Assembly (NCBI GenBank): GCA_002256025.1
Contig: NKIB01010603.1
Span: forward strand, 1-64,000
Direction of reading: 5' to 3'
Length of the DNA stretch: 64,000 bases
Source: Asterionella formosa
Taxonomy: Eukaryota
The translations under genes were made by a program, and so were the position numbers. Position 1 is the first letter of the stretch. The number at the start of each line of letters is the position of its first letter. Shown piece by piece: positions 36,300 to 49,272 of the stretch. The notes beneath the pieces are model-generated. The model was not told the DNA's origin and made no database searches. It worked only from the letters and a program-made list of their open reading frames with translations.

Positions 36300-38420
36300 A
36301 CTGACTTGGCTAACAAAACCTATGGTCCAGTACCATTTGCAGAAGCAACATCTGGCGGGAATGGCAACTAAATCACGTGCTTGGAGAAATACTTCTTTTG
36401 CTAGCTACCTCGTTGAAACAAGGTCACCCCATCGCCAATGCTTGAAGTTGAACCTTACTTGGTGCAACTGATTACTACTTCTACCACACTTGCTAAAATG
36501 CGCATCCCAAGCACTATTGCTGAGGGCCTTCAAATTGCCAACTCAATTATTGAAGGGATCCTGCCCCAATATATGACAAATTAATTGCATGCTGGAAAGA
36601 GAAGCACAACATACATGAATAAATCCATGGAAACTGTCAACTCGGACTGGGATATTGGCAGGGATTCACAAAAAGAAACAAACACCTTGTGACAAGCAAG
36701 AGGGCAGTGAAATTTGAATTCAAGAGAGCCAATTGGTGCAAATTCCAGAATTTCGAAACCATGTACAATGAAGTTTATGAAGAGATTGTGAGAGGAGTGA
36801 TTGCCATGCTGGAGATTAATATAAAAGTGAAGCTCAGCAAGGAAGGATTAATTGTTGAACATGGGCATGGCTGAGGAAACTTTTGGGTCAGAAACAAATT
36901 TCGACCTGATACGACCAGACAAAACCTGTTTGAGGATGAGGTAGGATCAAATACATCTCAAAGCAAAGGATGGGAATGTTGGTGGTGAGAAACAACTGTC
37001 TGCAACTGGTCAATGACCTCAGATATGTATTGCCACAAAGGATAGCCACTTCACAGTCTTGGGTTTCACAGCTGCCAATGGGATGCCTTTGATTTGTGCT
37101 ATAATATTTGCTGCAAAAGATATGGAAGAGTCTTTGGAGCTTCGGTTTGATCCTACTACAGATTTGATCAGAAACAAAAACAATGTTGCTGGAAATACTG
37201 GAAGGGGAAGAAGATATCCAATAGGACCAACCTGCAACTTCAATGGCCACCACGTGCCTACTACCTTTTGTTGCTGCTCCGAAAGTGGGAGCATCACTGC
37301 GGAGTTGCTTGTGCAAATGCTAACAAAGACTGTTGACAAAATTGGAATTTTCGACCAAGCTGAGGATGGAGTCCCACCCTTGTTCCTTATCCTTGATGGT
37401 CATGGTACCAGATTCGACCTACTGATCCTGCAATACATCAACACAACCAGCTGCAACGAAATGGAACCACGTCTGCATTGGGGTGCCATATGGCACATCA
37501 TACTGGCAAGTCGTGGAAAGTCCAGAACAAGACAAAATGGGCTTTTTAAAATGGCACTTGTCACAAAATGCAAGAGAGACTTACTCACCCAAAGGGAAAG
37601 GCGGCGTCATGCTGCATTTGCTGTTGAAAAGGATGATATTTTGACCCGGTGTCAAAAGCATGAGATAACAAATGCTTTGCCTGTATCGCTACAAACCAAA
37701 AAGCTATTGCTGAATGAGGTTGGGATCCATTGAACTGCAACTTGTTGCTCCATCCGGAAATTCAACTGACAAGTACTTCAAATCTGCAAACAGAAGCAAA
37801 CAATAATCAACCCGCCTCTTCCATTCCCCCATACGGACTAAACTTGAGCCAAGGCATCACTGGAACCTCCCTTGTTGATCGGGCCATACAGTATCGAAAT
37901 CGTGAGGAGGACGCTAGAAATGGAATAATTCTGTGCAAACCTGCCTGCCGACGAAAAGAAATAGCACTAAGGGTGATTGCAAGCAATTAACGATACACAG
38001 CCGGTCTTCGTGTCGTTGCAGGCAGGTACTTGTTGGGTCCTGAAGTGGTCAATGACCAGCCAGCTGAAATGGGAGAGGCATGCGGAAGGAGTGCAGAGTG
38101 AGCAAGAGAATAAGAAAATAGATGCACACATGGCGCTGCCTTGCAAACAAGGTTTATGCAATCAGATCGCTCAACAAACAGCCAGCTAACTGGACAGTAC
38201 TAGCGCAATCGAAAAGAAGAATGGCAACGTGGTACAAGCGAGCAGGCGATCTTCCATTGTTACCAACAATGAAACAACAACTACTTACCAGATACCATGA
38301 CACCATGATGCGTGGCGATGCTGCTGCATTACCAATTGCAACTGTAATGGCACCACTTCCTCAGCACCCTTTGGTTGCTCCTATTACACAACAAGATATG
38401 ATGGGAGGACCACAAGTCTA
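36300..38420 (+). mobile_element. Degenerate pogo/Tc1-type DDE transposase
   Basis: Fragmented motifs GYWQGFTKRN, FTVLGFTAANG, SESGSITAELL, FLILDGHGTRF and GVPYGTSYWQV, with several frameshifts. Confidence 0.8.
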
Positions 38421-39470
38421 AGAATGATGCAACAACTACTGCGAAAAATACGAGGAGACAGAACTGACAAGAACACCATCAGTCTAAAAACGATGCAACA
38501 ATTGCGAAAAAACATGCAAACAATATAATATTTTCTAACCATCACCTATAAAAATAACAATCAATAGCTTTGAGCCACTTCGACCTGTTTTGTCACTTTT
38601 AAAATAGATAGATCTCAGTTAATATCATATGTTCAAGGATAAAAATGTTTTCAGTTCTCTTGTAGCTTAATGAACTAACTAATATCATGCCAAAAGGGGA
38701 AAGAGGGGATTGATTTTAGCATAAATATAGAATTCTTAGTCGGAAAACGATATAACAACGTGGCTCAAAGCCATTTATAACTACATAGAGGTTATTATTA
38801 TATTCAAACCACGCATCAGACTTCATTTTGTGTGGCAAGTCTGGACGTGTTAAAATAACCAACCGCCAACATACCCTGCATCAGTTCAACCGGACAAAGT
38901 ACCTGGTACCAGGGTACCAGGTACCATACCAGAATTAGTTCTGGTATACTAGAAGTCTACTAATACTTTGAGCTCCTATGTGTGTACCAGTTGATGTACC
39001 GGTACTACCTCTTAACAGGTACATCGGCGTGTGGATCCAGGAGTACCGGGTACCTGGTACCAGGTACCAGGTACCTCCTTGTAAAGTATTTGCACAGGTA
39101 TTTGTCGTTGTCACGTGATCATTTTCGTATTCAATCGCCTACTACATGCTGTACCGGTACCGGTAGTGTCTATCGTCTTACTTGGTGGCGTCAGACTTTG
39201 GACTACCGGTAGAGTCCAGACTTGGTATCAATAACTGGTACAGAACCCGGAGGACCCCACCTGATGGAGCTGTGCGTGCAAAATGAAATGTGGACAGACG
39301 CGACTTGGCACGAAAGGGAAACAACAAAAACAAATGTTTGAGAAGCCTATTCTTCCTCGATAGCAATAATATGTTTGCCGGTATCACAATCCGATCTTTC
39401 ACCCGAAAGGTATTCAGTTGCGATGAATCGGAATAAACTAAAACTGACTGGTGCTGGATCTTTGAGGACG

Positions 39471-41315
39471 ATGAGGTTCTTCTTTTCCTTCGCTCTAATC
39501 TCCTCACTGCTGGCTTTCACGCAGTCGGTTGCTACAGAGGATTCGATTCTATGGGCGACTTCCGGCGGGGGATTCCGTGCTATGGTATCTAGCATGGGCT
39601 TCGCCAACGTCTTTGCACGCGCCGGTCTCATCTCCGAGGATCATTGCGACTTTGAGGCTGTCTCATCAAACTCCGGCGGCGCCTTCTTCATGCTTCAGTT
39701 CGTGTATTCGTCTCCATTTTTCAACCAAATTTTGGTCGACGACCCACAGCAACTTGGAAAGTTCGTCCTGGAATGGATGGGGGCCTTTCGAGAATTTCTA
39801 CCTAATACGGTCACTGATGCGCGTTGCTCTACCCTCAACACAGTCGCTACCATCGTTCCTCCACTAAGTGTGATGGCTAAACTCTGTAACCTCTTTGGAG
39901 TCTTTGAGTATGACTGGGCTCTCTTTGTTCAAGGCTTTCTCAACGCAACATCCTCAAAAGTTTACGGAGACCCAGATTTCATTTACCGTCAAGTTAATTC
40001 AGACAATCGCATACCAGCATTCCAGAATACAAATGTTAACACACAAATGGGACTGGCAACAACTGCAAAAAGTGATACGGGGGAGATTGTCACCCTTGGA
40101 CCCAACAACTCATCTCAAGTATTTTCTGTGCCCCTTCCAACCTTATTTGTGGTGCAGTCAAATCTATCTGCCTTCCACTATGCTGTTGACGACACAAGCT
40201 TGCCATTCTCAACCACAACATTTGCTGCCTCATCAAGCTACAATAGTTCTGACTGGGAAGACTATTTTCTCTTTTCACCACCAAATAACTCGAACATACT
40301 GACAAATATCACAAAGCTGTCAAAATTATCAAATGAATCCTACTTTAAAGTTCCATTTTCTGGGAAAGATCCAACTGTGGTCCAACTTGCGGCATCAACA
40401 TCATCCTACTCTTCCTCATTTTCACCTTCTGTTCCAGCCATTCTTTCCCAGCAGATGTCCGTTATCAACTATTTGGTTCAAAACTTCAACCTTTCCTCTG
40501 CACAACTGCAGGCGGTTTTAATGCTGCTGCAGTCAGGTGTTGAAAGCATCTATCAGACACCAATCTTTGAAGATTTTGCGGTTTGTTCTCAGTGGCCTCA
40601 ATCATGCAACAATCGTGATAGCCGCATCATAGATGGGGGATATGTAGATGGACCAAACTTGGCCCAAACAATTGGAATGCATCAAGTTAACTGCATTCTT
40701 TCAAAAACATTGAAGATCATTCTAACAAATCACAATTTCTTTGAGGATACTAACAATCGCTTTCTGCAATACTTCAACACAACATTCAACCAAGGAATTG
40801 CTCCTGGAGACTTTATCTGGCCGCCTCCATTGGGTGCTGGACAGGGTGCAGAATCTTCTCCTATTAGGTCGAAGCAAATCTTTTCAAACTTTCTGGATGA
40901 TGCATCAATGTTAGAAGCATTTGTTCCCATCCCTGCAACAAATCTAACAAGTGCTGTCTACAAAGTGACAACCTTGGAAAATTCAGCATTTAAAGTCAAG
41001 GCAGGACAGAACATTGAGATCTTGTTATTGCAGATCAACAGCAATATTCCAACTGGCATATTTGGCAAGAATGAAACAGATACCCAAGCGCCGTTGCTGG
41101 CGGAATTGGCAATGACGATTGCAGAGAGCCAAATCCTCCTTGAGCGAATTGCTGTCTTTTTGGGCTCCAGCCTGTCTCCGTCATTGGCACCATCAGTTGT
41201 TGAAACAGGTTTTACTACACCCGCGCCAACCCATAAGGCTAGTGGTGTGAATCCAGTGATGGGTCACCTTTCACTCTATGTTGCATTGGTCACCATGATG
41301 AACATTTGCTTTTAA
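39471..41315 (+). CDS. Secreted or surface phospholipase B / cPLA2-patatin-like lipid acyl hydrolase
   Basis: Signal peptide MRFFFSFALISSLLA, SGGGFRAM oxyanion motif, SSNSGG nucleophile, IIDGGYVD. S/P/T stalk and a hydrophobic C-terminus (GPI-like). Confidence 0.82.
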   Translation: MRFFFSFALISSLLAFTQSVATEDSILWATSGGGFRAMVSSMGFANVFARAGLISEDHCDFEAVSSNSGGAFFMLQFVYSSPFFNQILVDDPQQLGKFVLEWMGAFREFLPNTVTDARCSTLNTVATIVPPLSVMAKLCNLFGVFEYDWALFVQGFLNATSSKVYGDPDFIYRQVNSDNRIPAFQNTNVNTQMGLATTAKSDTGEIVTLGPNNSSQVFSVPLPTLFVVQSNLSAFHYAVDDTSLPFSTTTFAASSSYNSSDWEDYFLFSPPNNSNILTNITKLSKLSNESYFKVPFSGKDPTVVQLAASTSSYSSSFSPSVPAILSQQMSVINYLVQNFNLSSAQLQAVLMLLQSGVESIYQTPIFEDFAVCSQWPQSCNNRDSRIIDGGYVDGPNLAQTIGMHQVNCILSKTLKIILTNHNFFEDTNNRFLQYFNTTFNQGIAPGDFIWPPPLGAGQGAESSPIRSKQIFSNFLDDASMLEAFVPIPATNLTSAVYKVTTLENSAFKVKAGQNIEILLLQINSNIPTGIFGKNETDTQAPLLAELAMTIAESQILLERIAVFLGSSLSPSLAPSVVETGFTTPAPTHKASGVNPVMGHLSLYVALVTMMNICF

Positions 41316-42871
41316 TTCCGATTTTAGCCCCAATGCTTGTTACATTGCCTCCTCACAATGACCATTCAATTTGTACAATAGACAAGATTAAACGCTAGGA
41401 TCTGTGGTTCTATTTTGTAGTCCTTGTGACAATGAAAATTAGTGGCCTTGAATCTGCAATGAACATTCTTGATTTGCGCACCCCATCAACATTTTCATTG
41501 TCATATCTACTTGTTTAAGAGGATTGTATCTTAGAGAGTGATAAATAAGGTCCAATCATGACAAAGTTTGGATTGTGGCGGTTTCCCTCATTGCCAAATG
41601 CACCAGACCCCTCCCAAAGTGCATCATCATCTTATTTTTCCCACCATGTAACAACGGAACCCATCCCAATGTTGAATAGATTAAATGTATGTGTTGACAT
41701 CAAACTGATGGACTGATGATCATATTTGTCTACCGGTAGATGATAGTATGGTAGTATTAAACCAAAGACATTATGTTGCCAGAGCAAGCAACAAGAATCT
41801 AGACCAATAGAAATGCTTCTTTAATCTTCTATGGTCAGAGCCTAATCAACCAAATACCTGATATTTGGTTGATAAGTGGGTCTTCCTAGTTTACCAAGAA
41901 GACCAAAGCAAATTTGGTCTTAGTCAATGGCTAAAATACTTTTGCTTTTTTGACCATGTGATGCATAATGATTTTAAAATAGGCACGTATATGTTGTAGT
42001 CTATGTAGTATGTGTATGTACGTATTCGAAATTTTCGTCACAGTACCTGGAGTTGAAACATATAGAAATTCCTGATTCCAGATCAGCTAGTGACCTGATT
42101 AGGAACATGTACCACAATCCACTAGATGATTGAGTCAAGGACACCTGGTTAAATATCGCGTGTAAAATGCCACATTTTAGAGAGAAACTTCCAGGAGAAG
42201 TTCTCTCTAACCTTTTAAATGGACTCTAGAAGACGATCAGACCTAGCTACTAGTACTAGAGGCCAAATCAATAAATGATTGACTAGACAATTACAGATAT
42301 GTCCGCAAAATCAAGGAACATTAAAGAAGCAAACTAGATATGATCTAGTTATGATTAACAGGATCATTCTGTAAGCAGTCTTCGATCAAACAGCAACTGG
42401 CCTAAGTTGAGACAGGCCAAGATTAAGACAAAGAATGTGTATTTAGGAAGAGGATGCAGTTTATTCTCAGTTCAAGTTGGGAACACAAATGAACCTCACC
42501 TCCGAAGATCACCTCTATTTTGAAACATGCATGAGCTTGGAAGTTTCAAAATTGTACATTCAAATTTACATTTACATTAAGCTCACTCTTTTATAAAAAC
42601 AACTATAAGCAAACAAGCAAAGTGAAACAAACAAATTGTGTAGAAACATTTTTCTAGGAACTTTTACTGCGTGAGAGCTACAGATACGTAGAATCTACCA
42701 ACTCCTGGTACCAGGTAGTCTAAAATACTTACCGGTATACCGGGCCGCATATATCGTAGAGGAGTATCAAAAGCAAATTCCCTTGTTTGCTTGTTAAAAA
42801 ATAGTCAATACCACATTCGATCTGATCATCATCTTCATCTTCATCTGCTTTCAATTAATAATAGCCATCTC

Positions 42872-44320
42872 ATGACGAGGATGATGTTCAGCAAGCTCCT
42901 CCAGCTCCGACTAGTAGTAGCATTCGTCCTCTCCTCTACCAGCAGCCTCCTCTCACAACACGCATCATCATCGTCACACTCAGTAGTTGTATTAGTACAA
43001 GCAGCAGCAGCAGCAACGACAGCAGCACCCACCATTCGACAATGCGGATTGAGCATCCCCGCCTCTGCCATTTCAACTCGACCAAAGAAGGTCATTATTG
43101 CACATCGAGGCGCTTCCTACCATGTACCAGAGCACACTCTGGCGGCGTATCAGCTAGCCTTGGAACTAGGTGCGGATTACATTGAACCTGATTTGGTGGG
43201 GACCAAAGATGGGCACTTGGTGGCAATCCACACCATGGACCTGACAGTAACGACCGATGTACGACAAGTCTTTCCACATCGCAACGCTACCTATAGTGCT
43301 CACGTCAATCAAACGGGATATTGGGTTTTTGACTATACCTTGGCAGAACTAAAACGACTACGAGTCAAACAAAGACTGCCGGAACACCGATCAACCGCCT
43401 ATGATGGGCTGTTTGGTATTCCAACGTTGGGAGAAATAGTTTCGCTGGTGCAAACATGGAATACTGTCACATTGCCTGCTGTTAGTCGTACTGATGAAAA
43501 TACTACCACCACACCTCCATCACAACGAGCTGGCATTTATGCAGAACTCAAGGATCCAGCATGGTATCAAGCAGAAACGAATGTTTCATTAACCGAGATG
43601 TTGCATCAAACGTTATTACTCAATAATGACTACTATTCGACCATCCAAAATGATACTGCATGTGCCAACTTGAGATACAATGAATATTTGGTACCACTCC
43701 TCGTGGTTCAATGCTTTGATGGAAACACATTGACACAAGTTCATCAACTATTACCCACGGTACCATTGGTATTACTAATGACTTCATCAGAATGTGGACA
43801 AGACGAGGTATGGTTCCTTGTCGGAGAACTAGGAGAACATTTATCTGGGGTGGGGCCTGATAAGGCTTGTTTGACACCACTCCATTATAGAGATTTTATG
43901 AACAGAGCCAAAGAGCATGAATTGGTTGTACATGCATGGACAGAACGACCTGAACTAACCGCATTGTTGCCGAATGGTACAAAAGAAGAAGATGAAATAA
44001 ATTACTTGCTGTGTACAGTGGGGGTGGATGGCTTGTTTACAGAGGATGTATCGACCATGAAAAGGATTGTCCAGAAAAATTGTGATTCTCCAACACCACA
44101 GCCAACAGCATCACCGGATGCGTCGTCGTGTCCACCAGGTCCAAAAAATCTAACGGCCGAATATGGAGTAGCGGCAGGAATTATGGGACTATTAATTGGA
44201 AGTGTGGCAGCCGTATGGCTGCTCACTAGTCAATCATGCACAAAATGTTGTGGACGAAAGGGGCGGGGGCCGAAGCGACAACTGAGAATTCCACAACACG
44301 ATGATTTGGAAATGATTTGA
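42872..44320 (+). CDS. GDPD: Glycerophosphodiester phosphodiesterase with signal peptide and C-terminal TM helix
   Basis: IIAHRGASYHVPEHTLAAY, GADYIEPDLVGTKDG, YAELK, VHAWT and GVDGLFTE. Confidence 0.92.
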   Translation: MTRMMFSKLLQLRLVVAFVLSSTSSLLSQHASSSSHSVVVLVQAAAAATTAAPTIRQCGLSIPASAISTRPKKVIIAHRGASYHVPEHTLAAYQLALELGADYIEPDLVGTKDGHLVAIHTMDLTVTTDVRQVFPHRNATYSAHVNQTGYWVFDYTLAELKRLRVKQRLPEHRSTAYDGLFGIPTLGEIVSLVQTWNTVTLPAVSRTDENTTTTPPSQRAGIYAELKDPAWYQAETNVSLTEMLHQTLLLNNDYYSTIQNDTACANLRYNEYLVPLLVVQCFDGNTLTQVHQLLPTVPLVLLMTSSECGQDEVWFLVGELGEHLSGVGPDKACLTPLHYRDFMNRAKEHELVVHAWTERPELTALLPNGTKEEDEINYLLCTVGVDGLFTEDVSTMKRIVQKNCDSPTPQPTASPDASSCPPGPKNLTAEYGVAAGIMGLLIGSVAAVWLLTSQSCTKCCGRKGRGPKRQLRIPQHDDLEMI

Positions 44321-44493
44321 GAGGTGATTTCTCATATGGTCAAAAGTGAGTCGGCAGTGTGAGTCACCATAAGCATCCTATTAGTTATTTAGAAAGTTCA
44401 TATTTGAGATCAACTAAAATACATTGTCTATAGTGGGTTAGGTGAATGGCTTGTATCAATACAATATTATGCACTCTACTTTGATCAGTACTG

Positions 44494-45774
44494 CTACGCA
44501 CTAATCCTTGTAATTGCCGATTGAAGCATCCCTACTACTTGTTTCGCCGATGGTCGCTCGATTGGATCAAATGCATAGCACTTTCTCATTATTTCCAACA
44601 TGGCATCAATGGCGGGATCATCCAGATCCGAAAATGTCTTTGGGAACGGAGGAAGTTGTCCTTCTCGCTTCAAGGATTCGACCTGTGCTTTTTCTTCTGA
44701 AGAAAGTCTTGGGCTCCCCTCTTTCTTCCATGGCCCAACACCAGTGGCGAACCGAAACAATACATTGCCTAAAGCATACACATCAATTTTCTCATCCAGT
44801 ACTGGATGAAACGAACCATCTTCTTCTCGTTGTTCTTCTGGTGCACGCCACATGGGATTTGGAAAAACAGATGTGAATGGACATGCTTCTCCGGTTTGAT
44901 TGTGCTTCATTCGTAATATGCTCAAGTTGAAATCATTCACCATGGCTACTTTATTGTTTTGAGAGTAAACAAGATTTGCAAAATTAACATCATTGTGTAC
45001 CATGCCAACGTCATGAATGTCAGCAATCCCCTGTGCCAGGTCCTTTGCCAACAATAGTCGATCCATGGGCTGTCGCTGATCTGCCACAACATTGATATCT
45101 TGACCTGCGAATTCAGTCAAGATTGTCATACCACAATGAGCATAAATACCAACTACATGTTTCGACTTTGTCAGTCTTTCCATGGCCAATGCATCTACTC
45201 TCGTTTGTTCAAAAAATGCTTCTTCCATGGCATGGTCTAGTTTGAATGTTTTCAAAACCATGGAGAACTCATACTGACTTGTATTCTTGACAGTCATATT
45301 TTCTACATACTCCCATGCTGTCCTCCAAAACCCTCGATTGGATAAAATCAGCGCTTGTTTGCTTTGGACTGACGATTCCATGTCCAGTTCATGCACTCCA
45401 TTACATGTTGGAAATATCATGGATTGCCAATCCGCCATGGGTACGCAATGTTCATTGTCCAAGTCGTGATGAGGAAACACTCTTCGTTCGATATCTGGAA
45501 GGTCCTGTGAATCAAGGTAGGAGTAGCTCTGTGTCATGTCGGATGTGTCTATGGGATACCGTTGTAGAGTTCTGCTACTACTACTAGATGTACCCTCAAA
45601 GGGCGTGCCATCTAAAAATATTGTTCGGGTAGTAGTAGTAGCAGTGATCCGAAACAAGAGTGGACTACCAGTGGTTGTGCTGATACTGGAATAATCCATT
45701 GGAAAGGCTGGGCCATGCAAGGACAACGAACAGAGTGCCAAGATGATGGTCGCCGAAAAGGATTTTGTAAACAT
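44494..45774 (-). CDS. Secretory-pathway protein kinase-like (PKDCC/POMK-type), with N-terminal signal or anchor
   Basis: Hydrophobic N-terminus, MVLKT, VHNDVNFAN, NDFN, WRAPEE, EKIDVYALGN and ERPSA. Confidence 0.8.
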   Translation of the reverse strand: MFTKSFSATIILALCSLSLHGPAFPMDYSSISTTTGSPLLFRITATTTTRTIFLDGTPFEGTSSSSSRTLQRYPIDTSDMTQSYSYLDSQDLPDIERRVFPHHDLDNEHCVPMADWQSMIFPTCNGVHELDMESSVQSKQALILSNRGFWRTAWEYVENMTVKNTSQYEFSMVLKTFKLDHAMEEAFFEQTRVDALAMERLTKSKHVVGIYAHCGMTILTEFAGQDINVVADQRQPMDRLLLAKDLAQGIADIHDVGMVHNDVNFANLVYSQNNKVAMVNDFNLSILRMKHNQTGEACPFTSVFPNPMWRAPEEQREEDGSFHPVLDEKIDVYALGNVLFRFATGVGPWKKEGSPRLSSEEKAQVESLKREGQLPPFPKTFSDLDDPAIDAMLEIMRKCYAFDPIERPSAKQVVGMLQSAITRISA

Positions 45775-46712
45775 GATGCTGCTTAGTATTGTTTGTGTTC
45801 TGTATGTTGGAGTTGTGGGCGTCGTGGTGGTGAAGGACAAGGACTACCGGTATATCAGGAATAGTTTATATGTATCGGGGGCGAGAGGGACGGTTCTGAC
45901 CCAAAACTTATCGTTGGTTGTGTGCGTAAGGGGAGACAACGAGTTGAAACTGATTTACATTGTTGTCTCCTTTTACTATATTTATTGATTCATCTCGATC
46001 GGAACACCCATCATCATCGTGGTGGTGGCTGTTGTTTGCCAGCTGTCTGTCAAGAATTTTCCCACATCATTTAGATTGGTTTCCAATGTGTGAGACTTGT
46101 TTCGACTGACATCACTCAATCCGCCCCGTGGAACAAATGATTTTTGTGGAGGTAGAGCAATATTACTACAATTCCATACCATGCATTGATTTCGTTACTA
46201 CATAGTCGTGTCAATTCTTGTGCCCTCAATTTCAGAGATGATGGAACCATAATCCTTGTCAACAGAGGAACAATATCACACGAAGAATATGCATAGGATG
46301 CATGGTATACTTGTGACGGAGGAATCGATTCGAGACTGCGACACCACACGAAAGGGAAAAAATATTTGGATGCGTCTTCTGTACCGTACTACCAGTACCG
46401 TTATTATCCTGTGGAAACTGATATACCGGTACCAGGTACTGGAATGCTGCCGTGTTACAATTTATGACACCGGTACAAATGAATGGCACTTTACCAAGAA
46501 CTCGAAAGCTGCCGTGTTATAATATGATAGAGGCACAAATGCATGGTACTGGTACCGGTACCTGATACCAGGTACCAGTACATATTGCACTCCAATCCGC
46601 AAGGCATCACTAGGAGGTACTCCAGGTACCAGGTAGTCTACGGTAGTCTAACGGATGATTCGAGAAGACCAAACTGATGTTATAGTTATGATTATCGTAA
46701 ATTTCTCGATTT

Positions 46713-46784
46713 GTCCGCTTGGTCTAGAGGTATGATACCTGCTTCGGGTGCAGGTGGTCCCGGGTTCAATCCCCGGAGTGGACC
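46713..46784 (+). tRNA. trnP-CGG: tRNA-Pro, anticodon CGG
   Basis: Acceptor stem GTCCGCT/AGTGGAC, D arm TGGTCTAGAGGTATGA, anticodon arm CCTGC-TTCGGGT-GCAGG, T arm CCGGG-TTCAATC-CCCGG, and a downstream T run. Confidence 0.95.
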
Positions 46785-47226
46785 TTTAATTTTGGGGTAA
46801 TAAAGAAAGACCTATTTTGGGGTATTCAAGAATGAGCTTTCGTTTTTGCTTACAGCAGTACCGGTATTCACAATTTCGAAAATTTGATTGTATCGCGGGT
46901 AGTTTCATTTTGACTTAATATTACATAGTAAAATGTAAAGTACCTGATGTTTCAGGGCAATAGATCACATCACACCATTTTGCATCAGCAATAAGAACCC
47001 GATCGAATCGATTGAAGCAAAAACAGAGCAAGCTGTTTCTGATGTCCACTTTCTTGACCGCCTCTTACCGGTACATCCAGATATATGTGTATCCTTGCTG
47101 TCTAACCCGAATCATCGTCGCTACTTGTAACATCTTCGCACATTCTCATGATGGCATAAAACAACAACAAAGAAGGCATCATTTAGTACACATCTCATTC
47201 CTATTTCCTCAGACTGTATCGCGTTA

Positions 47227-47670
47227 TTGTTATACTTGTCTACCACAACCATCATGTTCTTACTATTCACCACACTGGACAGTAATAGCAAGGTCTCGTC
47301 GTCGTGCATATCAGCCAAATCACAATATACCTCAACAACGTTTGACAGCAGTAGTACGAGCAACAAACGGAGGTCGCCGTTATTACTGAATACAAAGTTG
47401 AGAGATGAAAAGATACTTGTTCACATAGGCTCAATCATTGCCGAAGAACAAGAATATATGCGTAAATCACGCCGTGAGGCGATGGCGGCACTCACATTAG
47501 AAGATTGGAATGAATTCATACATGAGTATCGGAAACAACAACACAATACTACCACCACTGCTACAATTGTGACCTCCTTTGACCGAACACAAAAGGAGAG
47601 TTGTGTTACAAAACAAGCCAGTTCGAACAGTCGCGACGATGATAGGAAGCATTTCGGGCATTCCAATTGA
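47227..47670 (+). CDS. Hypothetical protein
   Basis: 147-aa ORF with a hydrophobic start and low-complexity composition. No motif recognised. Confidence 0.3.
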   Translation: MLYLSTTTIMFLLFTTLDSNSKVSSSCISAKSQYTSTTFDSSSTSNKRRSPLLLNTKLRDEKILVHIGSIIAEEQEYMRKSRREAMAALTLEDWNEFIHEYRKQQHNTTTTATIVTSFDRTQKESCVTKQASSNSRDDDRKHFGHSN

Positions 47671-49272
47671 CAGCCAAGAAGACAATGGAGTTTCGAAGCT
47701 ACCCTGTACATAGAACCGAATTGAATGCTCACCTTGCTGTTGTAGATAGCTACATACATGTATGGTCGAGGTTAAATCATGTGCAAATCATGTTCGACTG
47801 GGACTTACTGAACAACAGAAAGTCAGCAAAAATATCATTTTGGAGCAATGTTTATAAATACGGAAATTCGGTTGGTGTTACTGCTGCCATCTGCTTGTTC
47901 ACAAAACAAATCTAGTGGCGGGGTCGGATCTCATGATGAGTAACCTAGTAGCTATTACTATAATTCACAAATGGTTAATGTTTTGTTTTGCATCCTTCTA
48001 GACTCGTAAATATGATTTACTATGATGTTCATATGTGTAAGGTATCAGAAAACAGAATATCTTGGCCTGGTCCATAGTGCATACCTTTTCTTTGGCCACA
48101 TGGTTGCACAGATAGAGGAGTGCTATATACTCAGCTATAGCTGGGAAATTGGTAGCAATGATGCGTTCAGCATGTTATTCGGAGTCTACGTTAATGTAAA
48201 GCACAGCCATAGATAGGAATGGATCTGAAAATGACTTGTTAACACAGATAACCACAAACAATCTCTTTCTATTCTTTGTTCAGAGGTTCAATGGGTTCTT
48301 ACATGTCTTCCTATAGTGATTGGTTAAAAGCAGTTTACCGAAGTTGTCGGGTCCCTTCTATACCTACTACATTCTATGGGGAAATAGCGAGCAGCAATTG
48401 GCAGAATACCGGTACTCCGTTTATACTACCTGGCTACTCGGAGTACCTCATACCTGGTACTCCGAGAACCTAAAATACAATTCATGGCAGTTCATTGAGG
48501 TCGATGGTGTCTACTTTAACGTAACCCTTAAACAGGAAATGGAACAGAAATTAATGACTAATAGACAAAGATATTCACGATCAATCTCGCCTCTTCAAGT
48601 TTACATTTACATATTTTGAAACGTCAATTTAATCTTTTAACACTCAGCATATTCAACTTCAACCATGGAAGTCACTCCCAACTAATTTATGTTATAAATC
48701 CAATGTACTTTCATGATGACTTCAGATAGTATGTAATCATACTGCACAGTTGTCGACAAACTCAAGATTATCAATGATATGATTCGACAGTCAATCTCGA
48801 CAAACTCAAGATTGGATAACTGGTACTGGCAGTTGGCGAATAATATTGAAATCTTCGTACGGCGAGGCTGACACTATTTTATCTTATGTATGTATACCTA
48901 AAAAGGTGACTCTTTGTGATACAAGCCAGCATTTACTTCTCCCCTTGTTCCCGATTCCTATCGGGCCTTTTATTGGAATATCATATGTACGTCCTATTCC
49001 AGATTCAAATCTTGTCGGGAATGTTACGTAGTTCATGTGTTGATAGGACACAGTCCTACAAATTTGGTTGACACCATCCATTCCTTGTGACTTGCACATT
49101 GACACCGCTCGACAAGAGCAAGCCTGCTTTAGGGAGTTTAGTACGTGGTACGACCAATTTTTTCGTCATTAGATAAAAACTAGAGTTGTAAATTAGATGG
49201 CTTAAATATTTACCGAATGAAGAGAATAATTTGACGAGAAATTCCTCACGATCGCGATGACGAATCGACAAA

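Noticed and set aside
42040..42530. Possible solo LTR between the phospholipase and GDPD genes
   Set aside because: No clear TG...CA pair, TSD or second copy.
48753..48814. Short direct repeat tcgacaaactcaagatt (similar case at 24101-24180)
   Set aside because: Only two copies; consistent with ordinary local duplication.
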